A DNA stretch of 64,000 nt from an uncultured virus (IMG/VR IMGVR_UViG_3300012209_000001) (lineage: Duplodnaviria > Heunggongvirae > Uroviricota > Caudoviricetes). The DNA lies in IMG/VR virus record IMGVR_UViG_3300012209_000001. One strand, 5' to 3'. A model generated the notes under the pieces. It did no database searches. It saw only the letters and a program-made list of their open reading frames with translations, and was not told the DNA's origin. The position numbers and the translations under genes are program-made. Positions 1 through 10,162 of this stretch are shown here, piece by piece; the stretch's first letter is position 1, and the number at the start of each line of letters is the position of its first letter.

Positions 1-3000
1 CGTTCCCGGCGCAAGTCCAGCATACAACGTCGTCCCCACCAACTCAATCGTGCTATTGCTACCGTACCTCGTGAGCAGGCCATTTCCAAACGCTGTTGCC
101 TGATCGGTGGTCATACCACTTGCTGTACTATTGAGCGCAGTTTGGATTTGCGCAACGATGCCACTATTGCCTTCAAGCGCGGCCTGTGCTGCCTGACTGC
201 CGCTATTCTCGAGGTTGACATTGACGCTAGAAGTGCCGACGTATGTGAAAGAGAGAATAGTGCCAGCAGGAAGTTTAGGAAGCGTGCTATCGTACGAGAT
301 GCTCGATGAGAGCGGCTGCCAATAGAACTGCCGGTTGTTGTCTACACCCTGATACCCGACCGTCGCCCCCTGTCCATTTACGAGGATGGTCGGCGCGCTA
401 TAGACAGGATACCCAAGCGTCCATGATGTAGTGCTTCCATCAGCCACCTTGATCTCAGTTGGTGGGCTAACGAGTCCAGTTACGCCAGTGATGACCTGTT
501 CATTGCGGAAAATATCAGCCGAAGAGAGGACCGTCACTTGTGGTAGGTAAAGGAGATACCCGCTGCTATTCGCCGGGTCCGCAACGCTTTGCACTGGGAA
601 TGCCCCTGGACGTGCTAAACGCGGTCCAAAGTGCAGTTGCCGCCACTTGTCCACGTACCAGTAATAGTCTCCGCTCATCTGGACAAGATTGTCCATTTCA
701 GATGAGTAGTACGCAGCAAACGGTGTAGTGATCGGATGAAGCTGTGAAACTGTCGCCCCGGTGCCGATAGATGGGCCTCTCACGCAGGCCACGAGAGTAA
801 AGAGTTGAGGCATCATGGATGGGTCACTTGTCGTCATGGTGACTTTTGTGTATAAAACTTGCCCGGTTAAATTGGAGCCTAAAGGCTGTATCCATAACTG
901 GTAGTAGCGTGATGTACCGCCGTCATTGCGCAATCCGCACTCGCCGGAACCGAGCGCCGACGTGTCCAGGTATGACTGTTTGCAGGTGCCGTCCCAATAG
1001 ACGCTGATCAGCCCTCCTTGCATTGTCACTCTGATTCTGTGGAATGTGCCCCTGGTAAACGTGATAGTGGAAGCGCTTCCAATTAATGACCGTGTGCCAC
1101 TGGCTACTTTGTAGAGTCGTAGTTGATTGGTAAAACCGCCACTAGAGCTAGCATCGTAGACACCTAGCTCATAGTAGTTCGTTGTGCTTACTTCGCGCCA
1201 TACTAGTCCACCTGCGTCAGATTCGTCCATATCACAGAGCAGATCCACATCGCTCGTAGAGATAGAGTTGTTAACGTAGAGCCCACCAGAACCACCTGAG
1301 AGCGTTATACGGCTATTGGTTGTGTCATAGGTAACAGTTGCAGCACTTCCACCGCTCTTGCTGATGTTGGTATAGCTGGCGCTGGTGTTGCTATTGAATA
1401 AGTCCTGCGTGCTGGCTGGCTGATTCGCCCAGTATGTCAGCGCCTCACCGGCTCCGTTGTTCCCTACCGTATGGTAAGTGGAGAGGTCTTGTGTGGTCTG
1501 TACAGTCAGGCTGGTGTTTGTGGGAATGTTGGCATTCCACGCCACATTGTTGCTGGAAACATAACCAACTGGCGAGAGTGAGAGAGCAGGACTGATGCGC
1601 GTACCGGAGACAGTGCCATAATTCCCACAGACACGAGCATACAGACCCATAATAATCGGCGTTGAGATGGGCGGCTTTGAACTAGAAAGGATTATCTGGA
1701 AAACAAGATTGACACTTGAAACAGTAGTTCCTCTTGATAATTGGGGGATTTCAGCGCCGTTTGTACATTGTAGCCAGGATGATCCATTATCAATAGAGGC
1801 AAGTACAATCGCAGCAGTTTCTGGATGGCCTGTACCATCCAAATCCGACCAGCACACTTGATTGTATCCGCATGTTCCCAATGATGCTAACGAGGTAGAT
1901 GGGGAAGTCCAGATGCCAGATGTTGACGCGAGTATTGAAAAGTTCTCAATACTCGCTGTAAACGAGTTTGTCGTATTCGTAGCGCAGCGAAAACCCACTT
2001 GTCCGGCAGATAGGTAGGTATTATCTAAAACGTCTATATCAGGTGTGCTTGAATGATTAAAGTAAACGGTATGTCTGTTTCCTTTCACCACAAGCTTTAT
2101 GTGATAGTACGTATTCGCGGCTATCGTTTTCGTTACTTGGGCTATGTTGGTAAACGATCCAACGGTACTATTATTCCAGCTATTATCTGAAAAGCCGACG
2201 ACTAGCGTGTTCGCCTGAGAGATTGCTACGTAGTAGGCCATATGATAGTTGGCATTTCCCCAACCAGTTTGCCGGTAAATAATGCCTGTATCACAATAGA
2301 AGCTTGATGTACTCAGTTTTATATCGGCCTCGATAGTTCCATCCAGAATATATCCTGCAAAATCAAAACGAGACTGACACCACGTTCCTAGAGGGTTAGT
2401 ACCAGAGTTTGCACCAGGAGTCATTGAATAGACTCCTCCTGAAGCTGCTTGTGTTCCAGAGTTGGCAAATCCGGCAAAAAATGACTGGAGCGAAAGCGAG
2501 GGAGTACCGCTCCATGATGAGGCAATAGCATTGGCAGTTCCAGTAAGCGTTAAATCTCCATTTGAATTTGGTCCGATGAGTAGCTGAGTACCCGTATTCC
2601 ACTCTGTGCTTGTACCGTATGTCGTAACAATATCACTCACTGTCTGAGCTGCGGCACTATTAATCGTGATCTGCACTTGTTCGAGAGATGGGATAGCAGA
2701 AGGATCAGAGCCACAAGCAAATTGTTCGCGAAGATAGAAAGATAACCCACTCACATTGCCACCAGCGGGCAAACCAGGAAGGGCTTGAGAGTTTTGGCAT
2801 GTGAGCCATGTTGTGTTGTCGTAGGAGGCAAATAATACCATGCCTGGACTTATCCCACCACCGCTTGATGTGGTTGCTGCTGTTGTACCCGGTGGATAAG
2901 TTACTTGAGGCGCGCCTGATGTCGGGAGACTGGCAGTCCATGTAATATTACTATTCTGTACAAGCCCTACCCCTGATAGAGAGTGTGCCGGTGAAATCCT

Positions 3001-5670
3001 ATAACTTCCTAATGGATCGTAGACCTGTACTACAGATGTGGTAATAGAGTTAGAAACGTAGCCTCCAAATACTGATTGCAGTAGAGGTGGATTGAGTTGT
3101 GGAGCCGTGGCGCTTACGCCAAAAAATGGACTACCACTCTGACTCCCCAGATAACAGTTTTTCCCATACACGGTGTAGGTTCCAGAACTCGAACCTGCCA
3201 GGAATATATCAACAGCTGTGATGGTTTTTCCATTTAGTCCAGTAAGCGTGATATTACGTGTGTACCATGTATCTTTGGCATGTCCGCTCAAATCTTGCAG
3301 ACAATCTACGCTGACACCATTTTGATCATAAATGGCAACTGAATTGTTCAAGCAAAGCGTTCCGATGTGATCGGACAGAAATGACTTATCGCTAAATTCG
3401 ATATCCATTCCGGCTAAGAATTCAGGACTCGTTGAAGAAATCCAGAAGTCATAATTAAAGGTATCGTTCGTCCCAACGGTCATACTTCCAGACCAGATCC
3501 TTATGTAAGCAAGGTTTGCAAAATATTCTCCACTTGTTGCGGTGCCTGTAAAGGGAGAAGAAGCACCGGATGTGCCCTCTTGTGAAATTTGATTTTGCGC
3601 AGTTGCAACCGGGGAAAGGAGAGCTTCAAGTTTCAAAGCACTCTGAGTTGTTGGCGTGAGCATGTTGTTGCTAGCAGTCATATTCGTCAATGTGCCACTA
3701 CTAAAGTCACTGGTAACACTCTCAGTCAGCATGAATTGTGTACCGGCACGCACCAACTCTAAATCCCCTGTATTCGATGTGATTGGTGGGGTCGCCGTAT
3801 TGGGTGCATAGACAAACGGTGTAGTGGTTGTAGTCGCTACGGTGCCGCTTAACGTACCCTGTCCAAATGTGGCCGGTGTATAATCGGACTCTAACGCGAA
3901 GGCCCCTGTAATGCCCTCCTGGCTAAGTGTCTGTTGCGCAAAGTCGCACACCATATCGCCAGCAGTCCAGTTGAGGTAGTTCGTCTCGTTGGCCCGTTTA
4001 TCAACATCATAGTGATGGTCCATTATCGTTAGTTGATGCTCAAGTTGTGCTGCACCACCAGCAGCCGGTTTGCTCACTTTGTCAGAATTGACGTAGCCGG
4101 TGTAGAGCAACCCTTGATTTGAGTCTGAGAACATGACAGGCATACCGCGCTGATAGGACAGCGTACCAGCAGTATCCTCGACGGTAAGTGTCAGGATCGA
4201 TCTTTGGTCGAGCGCATCGGCAAGTGTGAATGACTGATCGCGCACGGGAGCCCCACTGCCACTCTGGAAACTAGATGCCCCAACGAGATTTGAAAGACCT
4301 GCAGGCGTACTAATCATCGTAGGCGCAATGGTGGTGCCATCGTTATATACGCCTTGGCTTGCACTGTTAGAAACATAGATAGTGAAAACGTTGCTTGCCC
4401 AGGCCGTCGTGGTATTAAGTACAAACGCATCCATATACAAAGTGTCACCTGCGACAAATTGCCAGAGCGAAGCCAAAACTGATGGAAGTGTATAGGTTGT
4501 TTTCGTAGTTGAGAATGTTTGACTGGTAATTGAAGAGATGGCAATTGGATAATATGTACCATCCATTGTACGCCGGGACCAACGAGCATAGACCGCGCCG
4601 CCGCTCATACTTGTTCCTGATTTGGACAGCGTGAAAATACCCGACCAGGAACCGGCAACGATAGTATTACCTGCCAATGAGATAGACCAGCCCTTGCCGG
4701 TTGGCGCTGGAAGGGCAGACGTTGATCCTGGTGTTCCTCCCTGGCTTGTCAATTCCACATAAGCATTCGTGCCCGAGCTCGGAGCAGTGACGGTGAAACT
4801 TGTTTCTGTCCCACCTGAAACCTGAGACATCTGATCAGATTGAGTTAGTCCACCTATGGCGGAAGCCACATTCGATGCGTAAAATACAGCACTTGTTTGC
4901 AAGGATGCGGACGCCGGGATAGCGCGCGTGCTTGTGAATATAAGAGAGGCTGATGCGGGAATGGTTCGTATACTTGTCGGCGCTAGAAGTGATGCATTAG
5001 CAGGAATGGTTCTTATTGGTGTGCTCACGAGAGCAATAGCGGCAGGAATGGTTCTGGTAGAGGTGGTAGTACTGATATAACCAGGGGTTGTTATTGAAAC
5101 GCTTGTATAACCAAGCGTGGAACTACTTGACATGTGGACGCGTACATTGCCAGTTGTGCTATTTGTGGTGATATTGAGAGTTACATCTGTATAGGTTTTA
5201 TCTCCGGTGGCAAAGGTATTACTTGCAGAAGCCCCGCTAGCCGTAACCGTAAACTGTGTATAGGCTGTGCTTATAATTGTTTGACTGGTGGCGATGCCCT
5301 CCGCAATGAGTGTGTAGGTGCCCCCGCTTGAACGCTGATAGGCTCGACAGTGGATATCACAGGTAAAGGTGCCTGTGGTAGTTGTCTCAAGTTCAACAGT
5401 CCAGGTCCAAGTGCCACTTTGAAAGTGGTTTCCCTCGATAAGGGTCGTATCCTCTAGCCACCCATGATTAGAGGGTGAGGGTTGCGAACCTGCGCCCGTT
5501 TGTGCTGATGCGTCTCCTTGCGACCATAACTCTACCCACCCGGTTGTACCAGAAGTGAGGTTAGTATTCAGATTGACTGCCGTTGCGCCCGTTGATGGAT
5601 TTTCTAATAGTTTATTTGCTGTACTCAAACTGGAAGCAACGTTGTTTGGGTAGAGTGTAAGAGCCGTCAT
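1..5670 (-). CDS. Very large minor tail / tail-tip protein (>1890 aa, 3' end outside window)
   Basis: Absent from the ORF track because it runs off the edge. ATG at 5670 with AGGAAAAG upstream reads MTALTLYPNNVASSLSTANKLL; frame matches at base 1 (...VGTTLYAGLAPGT). Thr/Ser-rich, with ConA/DUF1080-like segments. Lies downstream of the tape measure gene. Confidence 0.8.
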   Translation of the reverse strand, partial: MTALTLYPNNVASSLSTANKLLENPSTGATAVNLNTNLTSGTTGWVELWSQGDASAQTGAGSQPSPSNHGWLEDTTLIEGNHFQSGTWTWTVELETTTTGTFTCDIHCRAYQRSSGGTYTLIAEGIATSQTIISTAYTQFTVTASGASASNTFATGDKTYTDVTLNITTNSTTGNVRVHMSSSSTLGYTSVSITTPGYISTTTSTRTIPAAIALVSTPIRTIPANASLLAPTSIRTIPASASLIFTSTRAIPASASLQTSAVFYASNVASAIGGLTQSDQMSQVSGGTETSFTVTAPSSGTNAYVELTSQGGTPGSTSALPAPTGKGWSISLAGNTIVAGSWSGIFTLSKSGTSMSGGAVYARWSRRTMDGTYYPIAISSITSQTFSTTKTTYTLPSVLASLWQFVAGDTLYMDAFVLNTTTAWASNVFTIYVSNSASQGVYNDGTTIAPTMISTPAGLSNLVGASSFQSGSGAPVRDQSFTLADALDQRSILTLTVEDTAGTLSYQRGMPVMFSDSNQGLLYTGYVNSDKVSKPAAGGAAQLEHQLTIMDHHYDVDKRANETNYLNWTAGDMVCDFAQQTLSQEGITGAFALESDYTPATFGQGTLSGTVATTTTTPFVYAPNTATPPITSNTGDLELVRAGTQFMLTESVTSDFSSGTLTNMTASNNMLTPTTQSALKLEALLSPVATAQNQISQEGTSGASSPFTGTATSGEYFANLAYIRIWSGSMTVGTNDTFNYDFWISSTSPEFLAGMDIEFSDKSFLSDHIGTLCLNNSVAIYDQNGVSVDCLQDLSGHAKDTWYTRNITLTGLNGKTITAVDIFLAGSSSGTYTVYGKNCYLGSQSGSPFFGVSATAPQLNPPLLQSVFGGYVSNSITTSVVQVYDPLGSYRISPAHSLSGVGLVQNSNITWTASLPTSGAPQVTYPPGTTAATTSSGGGISPGMVLFASYDNTTWLTCQNSQALPGLPAGGNVSGLSFYLREQFACGSDPSAIPSLEQVQITINSAAAQTVSDIVTTYGTSTEWNTGTQLLIGPNSNGDLTLTGTANAIASSWSGTPSLSLQSFFAGFANSGTQAASGGVYSMTPGANSGTNPLGTWCQSRFDFAGYILDGTIEADIKLSTSSFYCDTGIIYRQTGWGNANYHMAYYVAISQANTLVVGFSDNSWNNSTVGSFTNIAQVTKTIAANTYYHIKLVVKGNRHTVYFNHSSTPDIDVLDNTYLSAGQVGFRCATNTTNSFTASIENFSILASTSGIWTSPSTSLASLGTCGYNQVCWSDLDGTGHPETAAIVLASIDNGSSWLQCTNGAEIPQLSRGTTVSSVNLVFQIILSSSKPPISTPIIMGLYARVCGNYGTVSGTRISPALSLSPVGYVSSNNVAWNANIPTNTSLTVQTTQDLSTYHTVGNNGAGEALTYWANQPASTQDLFNSNTSASYTNISKSGGSAATVTYDTTNSRITLSGGSGGLYVNNSISTSDVDLLCDMDESDAGGLVWREVSTTNYYELGVYDASSSGGFTNQLRLYKVASGTRSLIGSASTITFTRGTFHRIRVTMQGGLISVYWDGTCKQSYLDTSALGSGECGLRNDGGTSRYYQLWIQPLGSNLTGQVLYTKVTMTTSDPSMMPQLFTLVACVRGPSIGTGATVSQLHPITTPFAAYYSSEMDNLVQMSGDYYWYVDKWRQLHFGPRLARPGAFPVQSVADPANSSGYLLYLPQVTVLSSADIFRNEQVITGVTGLVSPPTEIKVADGSTTSWTLGYPVYSAPTILVNGQGATVGYQGVDNNRQFYWQPLSSSISYDSTLPKLPAGTILSFTYVGTSSVNVNLENSGSQAAQAALEGNSGIVAQIQTALNSTASGMTTDQATAFGNGLLTRYGSNSTIELVGTTLYAGLAPGT

Positions 5671-5681
5671 ACTTTTCCTGC

Positions 5682-6053
5682 CTAAACTGCCTGTAAATCA
5701 TTCGTGCGGAATGTTTCGCCACTGTCAGATACAAATAAGTACACAGCCTCGTCACCATGTTTCCATCCGATACAGTGCGTTGTTTTCCCCTGCTGCATAC
5801 TCTCATCATTTGGATTGATAATCACCGTTCGACGCCGAAAGAACACAGGTTCAGCACCTTCTGGAATGGGTATGCGGTATTCCCTGTCATCGAATGGTTC
5901 CCACGTCATCAGGACAATCTCGGAAACAGATTTCTCATCGCGCTCTGCAAAACCACGACCATCGCGCCTGGTATCGTCAAACTCATCGGTGACAGAACCA
6001 TCCCGGTAGATAATGCGCCATTGATATGCATCTTTTGTTTTGTTTTGTATCAT
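5682..6053 (-). CDS. Hypothetical phage protein (123 aa)
   Basis: ORF with AGGA RBS, co-oriented in the tail operon. Confidence 0.6.
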   Translation of the reverse strand: MIQNKTKDAYQWRIIYRDGSVTDEFDDTRRDGRGFAERDEKSVSEIVLMTWEPFDDREYRIPIPEGAEPVFFRRRTVIINPNDESMQQGKTTHCIGWKHGDEAVYLFVSDSGETFRTNDLQAV

Positions 6054-6082
6054 GTCCTACTCAAATCAAACAATAATTGCAA

Positions 6083-6119
6083 ATAAAAAAGCCGATGGCT
6101 CTTGTGGCTCATCGGCTCG
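6083..6119 (-). terminator. Intrinsic terminator carrying the conserved CGAGC-N5-AGCCAC motif
   Basis: Minus strand reads CGAGCCGATGAGCCACAAGAGCCATCGGC-TTTTTTATTT. Confidence 0.7.
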
Positions 6120-6173
6120 TTGAAATGTGTAAAACTAATCTCTATTATGGCATACAGAATCAATCCTTGGGTT

Positions 6174-6695
6174 TTACGCTTCATCGTAGCGTAAAATAAT
6201 TGAAGGTAGTGATATAGCAGAACCGGCACCACCGACATAATTCACATCCACACCCAAAACCGTCACAGCCATGTCTCCGTTTGGCCCTGATGCTGATGTA
6301 GCGTGGCTAGTGTTGTCATAGACAGCGGGACTCGTCGTCATGAGTGTGTAACCTGCTGGCGTGGCCCCATTGGAACCGCTAGAGGCTGGTCTGTTACCGC
6401 TCGCTGCCTGTACGTAGCTCGCCACGGCAACATCCTTCCAGAAGAGTTGCAAGCCTGTTGACGTGGCTCCTGACATGTAGATGTTTCTGTTGGTAATGTT
6501 CGTTGTCCCTGTGGCGGTGACAGATAACGTGAGATTCTTAATCCATGAGAAGTTAGTGCCTGTCGCCGTTGGGATGGAGATAGGTGTTGTTGAGGTTGCA
6601 CTATCAGCTAAGTTGAATGTACATCCTGTTTCCACGTTAGCCCAGGAGACTGATGAACCAGTACCTATCTGGGCTTGGCAGGTGGCGGCTCCCAT
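6174..6695 (-). CDS. Putative distal tail / minor tail protein (173 aa)
   Basis: Directly after the tape measure gene; Thr/Ser/Gly-rich virion-like composition. Confidence 0.6.
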   Translation of the reverse strand: MGAATCQAQIGTGSSVSWANVETGCTFNLADSATSTTPISIPTATGTNFSWIKNLTLSVTATGTTNITNRNIYMSGATSTGLQLFWKDVAVASYVQAASGNRPASSGSNGATPAGYTLMTTSPAVYDNTSHATSASGPNGDMAVTVLGVDVNYVGGAGSAISLPSIILRYDEA

Positions 6696-6746
6696 ATTGT
6701 CGACCTTTCTTTGCTAATCTAGCATAATTAAACTCATGAAAATACT

Positions 6747-9700
6747 CTAAAAACCCCTCATGCCGGTACTGAGCCTTACATTCTGACTTAGTGGTACTCC
6801 AATCGCTGAAATAATGGCTTGACTATCAAGCATGACGGTAATGTTGGCTGTTTGCGGACCGCTACCACCTCCCAATGAACTATCACCACCACCTACGCCC
6901 GCTCCAGTTGACATAGGGTACACATTCGAACCGCTTGGAAGCATTACTAGCTCAGGTCCAGCCTCACCGACAAGGGCTAAACCAGATGCGCCTCCAGGCT
7001 GAAAGTTCTGTACGCCGCTTGCAAAGCCAGGCAGGCCAAACGTACTGATTGAGATACTCGGCATAGGAGGCCAGTGGAATTCAGGTAAAGCAGGCCAGTG
7101 AAACTCAGGAAGTGACGGCCACTTAAATTCTGGAAGCGCAGGCCATTTGATTTCAGGGAGTGACGGCCACTGAATGGATGGCAACGAAGGCCATGTAAAC
7201 GTTGGCAACGAGGGCCAGGTGATTGTAGGTAAAGAAGGCCAGGTGATAGTAGGCAACGAGGGCCATTGAATCGTTGGCAGAGAAGGCCAGGTGATAGTAG
7301 GCAACGAGGGCCAATGAATCTCAGGGAGCGAGGGCCATTTAATCTCTGGCAACGAGGGCCACTTTATCTCTGGCAACGAGGGCCACTTTATCTCTGGCAG
7401 TGACGGCCATTTGATTTCCGGTAACGAGGGCCACTTTATCTCTGGCAGTGACGGCCACTTGATTTCAGGAAGTGACGGCCACTTTATCTCTGGCAAACCG
7501 GGCCACTTGATTTCCGGTAGGCTAGGCCATTTTATTTCAGGAAGTGACGGCCATTTGATCTCAGGCATCGCAGGCCAGTGAAACTCTCCACCGGCACCAA
7601 TACTCTGTGCGCCACCGGAACTATCTAATTTGGCGTTGTGTACCAGTACATTATTCGCGTAGTAGGTGTGTGAGCCATCAACCGTGATGTTATATACCTG
7701 GACAATATCACGCATCTGGATAGCGATAAGCGTGCATGTGCCATCAACTGTGTGGACATGATCGCCAACCTGAAGGGGAGTTGTGATAAGATTGGGATTC
7801 TCCTCTTTTGTACTTTCAGGGGAAAGTGATTTCCACCCCTGCGTGGTTGCGAGAGGATGTGAGTCTGTTGTCGTAAGTGTATTGCCATCAGAAAACGTTA
7901 GCTCATAAACCTGCTTCTGAGGCAACACAATACGAGCTAGTATAGTTGTAGGTACTTGTGCCGTGCCATCATACGCAAGAACCTGCTCACCTTCTTGCAG
8001 CGTTTCAATTGGTTTCTCTGTACCATTAGCCATAAGTACGCGTGTGCCAGCAACAAAACAACCACCGGCAAAGGAACCACCTGCACCACTGGCACCGCCT
8101 CCACCAGTCAGATTATTCCATAACTGTCCTATACCTCCAAAGGTTTGACCTGCACCACCAAACATCTGACCGATATCTTGCCCAATTGCTGAACCTTGAA
8201 AGGCTTGCCCTATACCACCAAAATCAATACCTTTACCGGGGCCAAATAATGCACTACCACTGCCTCCACCACTACCACTACCTCCACCGACGAAATTGCT
8301 AAAGGCGCTGCCTATACTGTTTCCAACTTTACCCCAATCACCCTGCTGAATTGCTGATCCTATATCTTGCGCGTATGTTGGCGGGTTGGTATTATAATTT
8401 GTCATTGCCTGTTCATCGGCCCGCGTAGCCTGATCATTGTTATACTTTACTGCCTCTTGCTGTGGCGATACATAATGTGAAGCATTATAGGACGACTGTC
8501 GCTGTTGCAAGAACTTTTGAGCCGCGCCAGCATCATCCTGTGATTGAAGATAATTGGGATCGAGTGCGTCAGCCATTATTGTTGCGGTTTGCGCTTGTGA
8601 TTGTAGGGTTTGCGCTGCAACTGTTTGAGGAAGTTGCGCCATTTGCTGTTGATAGTTTATTTGCGCTTGTGCTTGCGGTCCTGGTCCTTGGAATGGTTCA
8701 GGGAGTCCAAGCATTTGAGCACCCTGGTTAATCCATCCTTCAGTACCACTTTGAATCATCGACATTCCAAGTCCCTGCATACCAGGAACAGTCATTGAAA
8801 CCAATCCACCCACTACTTGAAGGTTGTTTGCAATATCACTTGTCAACCCACCTAAAAACCCCCCAACTCCGCCAGCGCCACCCTGGTTCATCTGATAATT
8901 TATCGCGTCTAAGGTCGGCATTATCTGCTTGCCGAAACTTTCAGAAAACGTTTCTCCTGCTTGCTGTGCTGACTGCCCGAGCGCATCGACGCTACCCGTG
9001 AATGTGCCCATGCTATGCGCCGCTGGCCCCTCAGCGATTGCCGCAGCATCATAGATACCCTGCCCTACTTGCTGGACAGCCATACCAACCATTTGTACCG
9101 CCATGAGTGGCATGATAAACTGGCTTACGCTGTTGACAACACCGCCAACATCACCGAGTGCCCCCATGAGTGTTTCACCTAAACTCATGGATTCCATTGC
9201 CTTGCCCGCACCTGCTACCGCTCCGCTTGTTTCTCCTGCGGCCTTCCCTGCACTTGCTATTATTCCGCCTGTTTCTCCTACAGACTTACCCGCATCTTCC
9301 GCTGCGCTACCCATCGCATTGAACTGATCAGTAAATGCCTGCGTCTCCCCGCGTGATTCACTAAAAACCTGCCCTGTTGACTCTGCATTCGTGTTGAGTT
9401 TATTCAGCGATTCACCGGCAACATTGGCATTTTGAGCCATGTCATGAAGCGCCGCAGTATTCTCCCCACCGATGCTACTGTTAAAATCACTCCATGTTTG
9501 CCCTGTCTCGCCCAAGTAACTATTAATCATGGAAAAGGGGTAAGGGTTAGATAACGCATCCTGAAAGACGCCCATGTTTTCGGCAAAGGTATCCAGGCCA
9601 AATTGCTTGGGGTCGAACGCCTGGCTAACTTCGTGGAGAGAGTCTGCAAACTGTGGCAACATCGGGGCCGCTTGCGAGAGTGAATCCCCAAGTTGCGCGA

Positions 9701-10139
9701 AGTTATCACTGACCGGCTGTATTTGTGTTGCTAGAGATTGCGCATTTTCAGTAAGAGCAGCCATAGGAGACGATGCAGCCTCTATCTGCTTGACAGTTGC
9801 GCCTAGTGGCTCTTGCAATGCCTCATAAGCGCTTCCAGTGTCAAGCAAAGCCTGTTGATGCTCTCCAAGTACACCTGATACTTCGGAAACCATCGTTCCG
9901 CCTTCTTGAAGCGAACCGAATGTATTTTTAGCTGCTTCACCGAGCGGAACAATCGCCTTTGTCGCCTCCTCTGCCTGACCACCCAATGCAGTCAGTGCAT
10001 TCCCAACGCCACCTACACCTTCTCCCGCCCCACCCGCTACACCTTGCAGCGCTGCGAGAGCGGCTGCGGCCTCTTCCGCTCCAGACGTGTCTGCCTCAAT
10101 CCGTACTTTGGCTATTATATCGTCACTAATCTTTATCAC
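6747..10139 (-). CDS. Tape measure protein with Hint (intein-like) domain and C-terminal WPSLPEIK repeats
   Basis: Ala/Gly/Gln-rich, follows the frameshifted chaperone, C-terminal GFASG...ALVGEAGPELV motif. Hint domain CFVAGT...YYANNVLVHN at 7635-8060. Confidence 0.85.
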   Translation of the reverse strand: MIKISDDIIAKVRIEADTSGAEEAAAALAALQGVAGGAGEGVGGVGNALTALGGQAEEATKAIVPLGEAAKNTFGSLQEGGTMVSEVSGVLGEHQQALLDTGSAYEALQEPLGATVKQIEAASSPMAALTENAQSLATQIQPVSDNFAQLGDSLSQAAPMLPQFADSLHEVSQAFDPKQFGLDTFAENMGVFQDALSNPYPFSMINSYLGETGQTWSDFNSSIGGENTAALHDMAQNANVAGESLNKLNTNAESTGQVFSESRGETQAFTDQFNAMGSAAEDAGKSVGETGGIIASAGKAAGETSGAVAGAGKAMESMSLGETLMGALGDVGGVVNSVSQFIMPLMAVQMVGMAVQQVGQGIYDAAAIAEGPAAHSMGTFTGSVDALGQSAQQAGETFSESFGKQIMPTLDAINYQMNQGGAGGVGGFLGGLTSDIANNLQVVGGLVSMTVPGMQGLGMSMIQSGTEGWINQGAQMLGLPEPFQGPGPQAQAQINYQQQMAQLPQTVAAQTLQSQAQTATIMADALDPNYLQSQDDAGAAQKFLQQRQSSYNASHYVSPQQEAVKYNNDQATRADEQAMTNYNTNPPTYAQDIGSAIQQGDWGKVGNSIGSAFSNFVGGGSGSGGGSGSALFGPGKGIDFGGIGQAFQGSAIGQDIGQMFGGAGQTFGGIGQLWNNLTGGGGASGAGGSFAGGCFVAGTRVLMANGTEKPIETLQEGEQVLAYDGTAQVPTTILARIVLPQKQVYELTFSDGNTLTTTDSHPLATTQGWKSLSPESTKEENPNLITTPLQVGDHVHTVDGTCTLIAIQMRDIVQVYNITVDGSHTYYANNVLVHNAKLDSSGGAQSIGAGGEFHWPAMPEIKWPSLPEIKWPSLPEIKWPGLPEIKWPSLPEIKWPSLPEIKWPSLPEIKWPSLPEIKWPSLPEIKWPSLPEIKWPSLPEIHWPSLPTITWPSLPTIQWPSLPTITWPSLPTITWPSLPTFTWPSLPSIQWPSLPEIKWPALPEFKWPSLPEFHWPALPEFHWPPMPSISISTFGLPGFASGVQNFQPGGASGLALVGEAGPELVMLPSGSNVYPMSTGAGVGGGDSSLGGGSGPQTANITVMLDSQAIISAIGVPLSQNVRLSTGMRGF
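7059..7586 (-). repeat. 22 x 24-bp coding tandem repeat (EIKWPSLP / TITWPSLP)
   Basis: 528 bp of 8-aa units with synonymous divergence. Confidence 0.9.
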
Positions 10140-10162
10140 CCCCTTTCTCTGCTTGTTTTGTG

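Noticed and set aside
7635..8060. Hint domain as a canonical intein or polymorphic toxin module
   Set aside because: Ala at +1 argues against canonical splicing; the downstream region is a repeat plus tape-measure C-terminus with no toxin or immunity gene.
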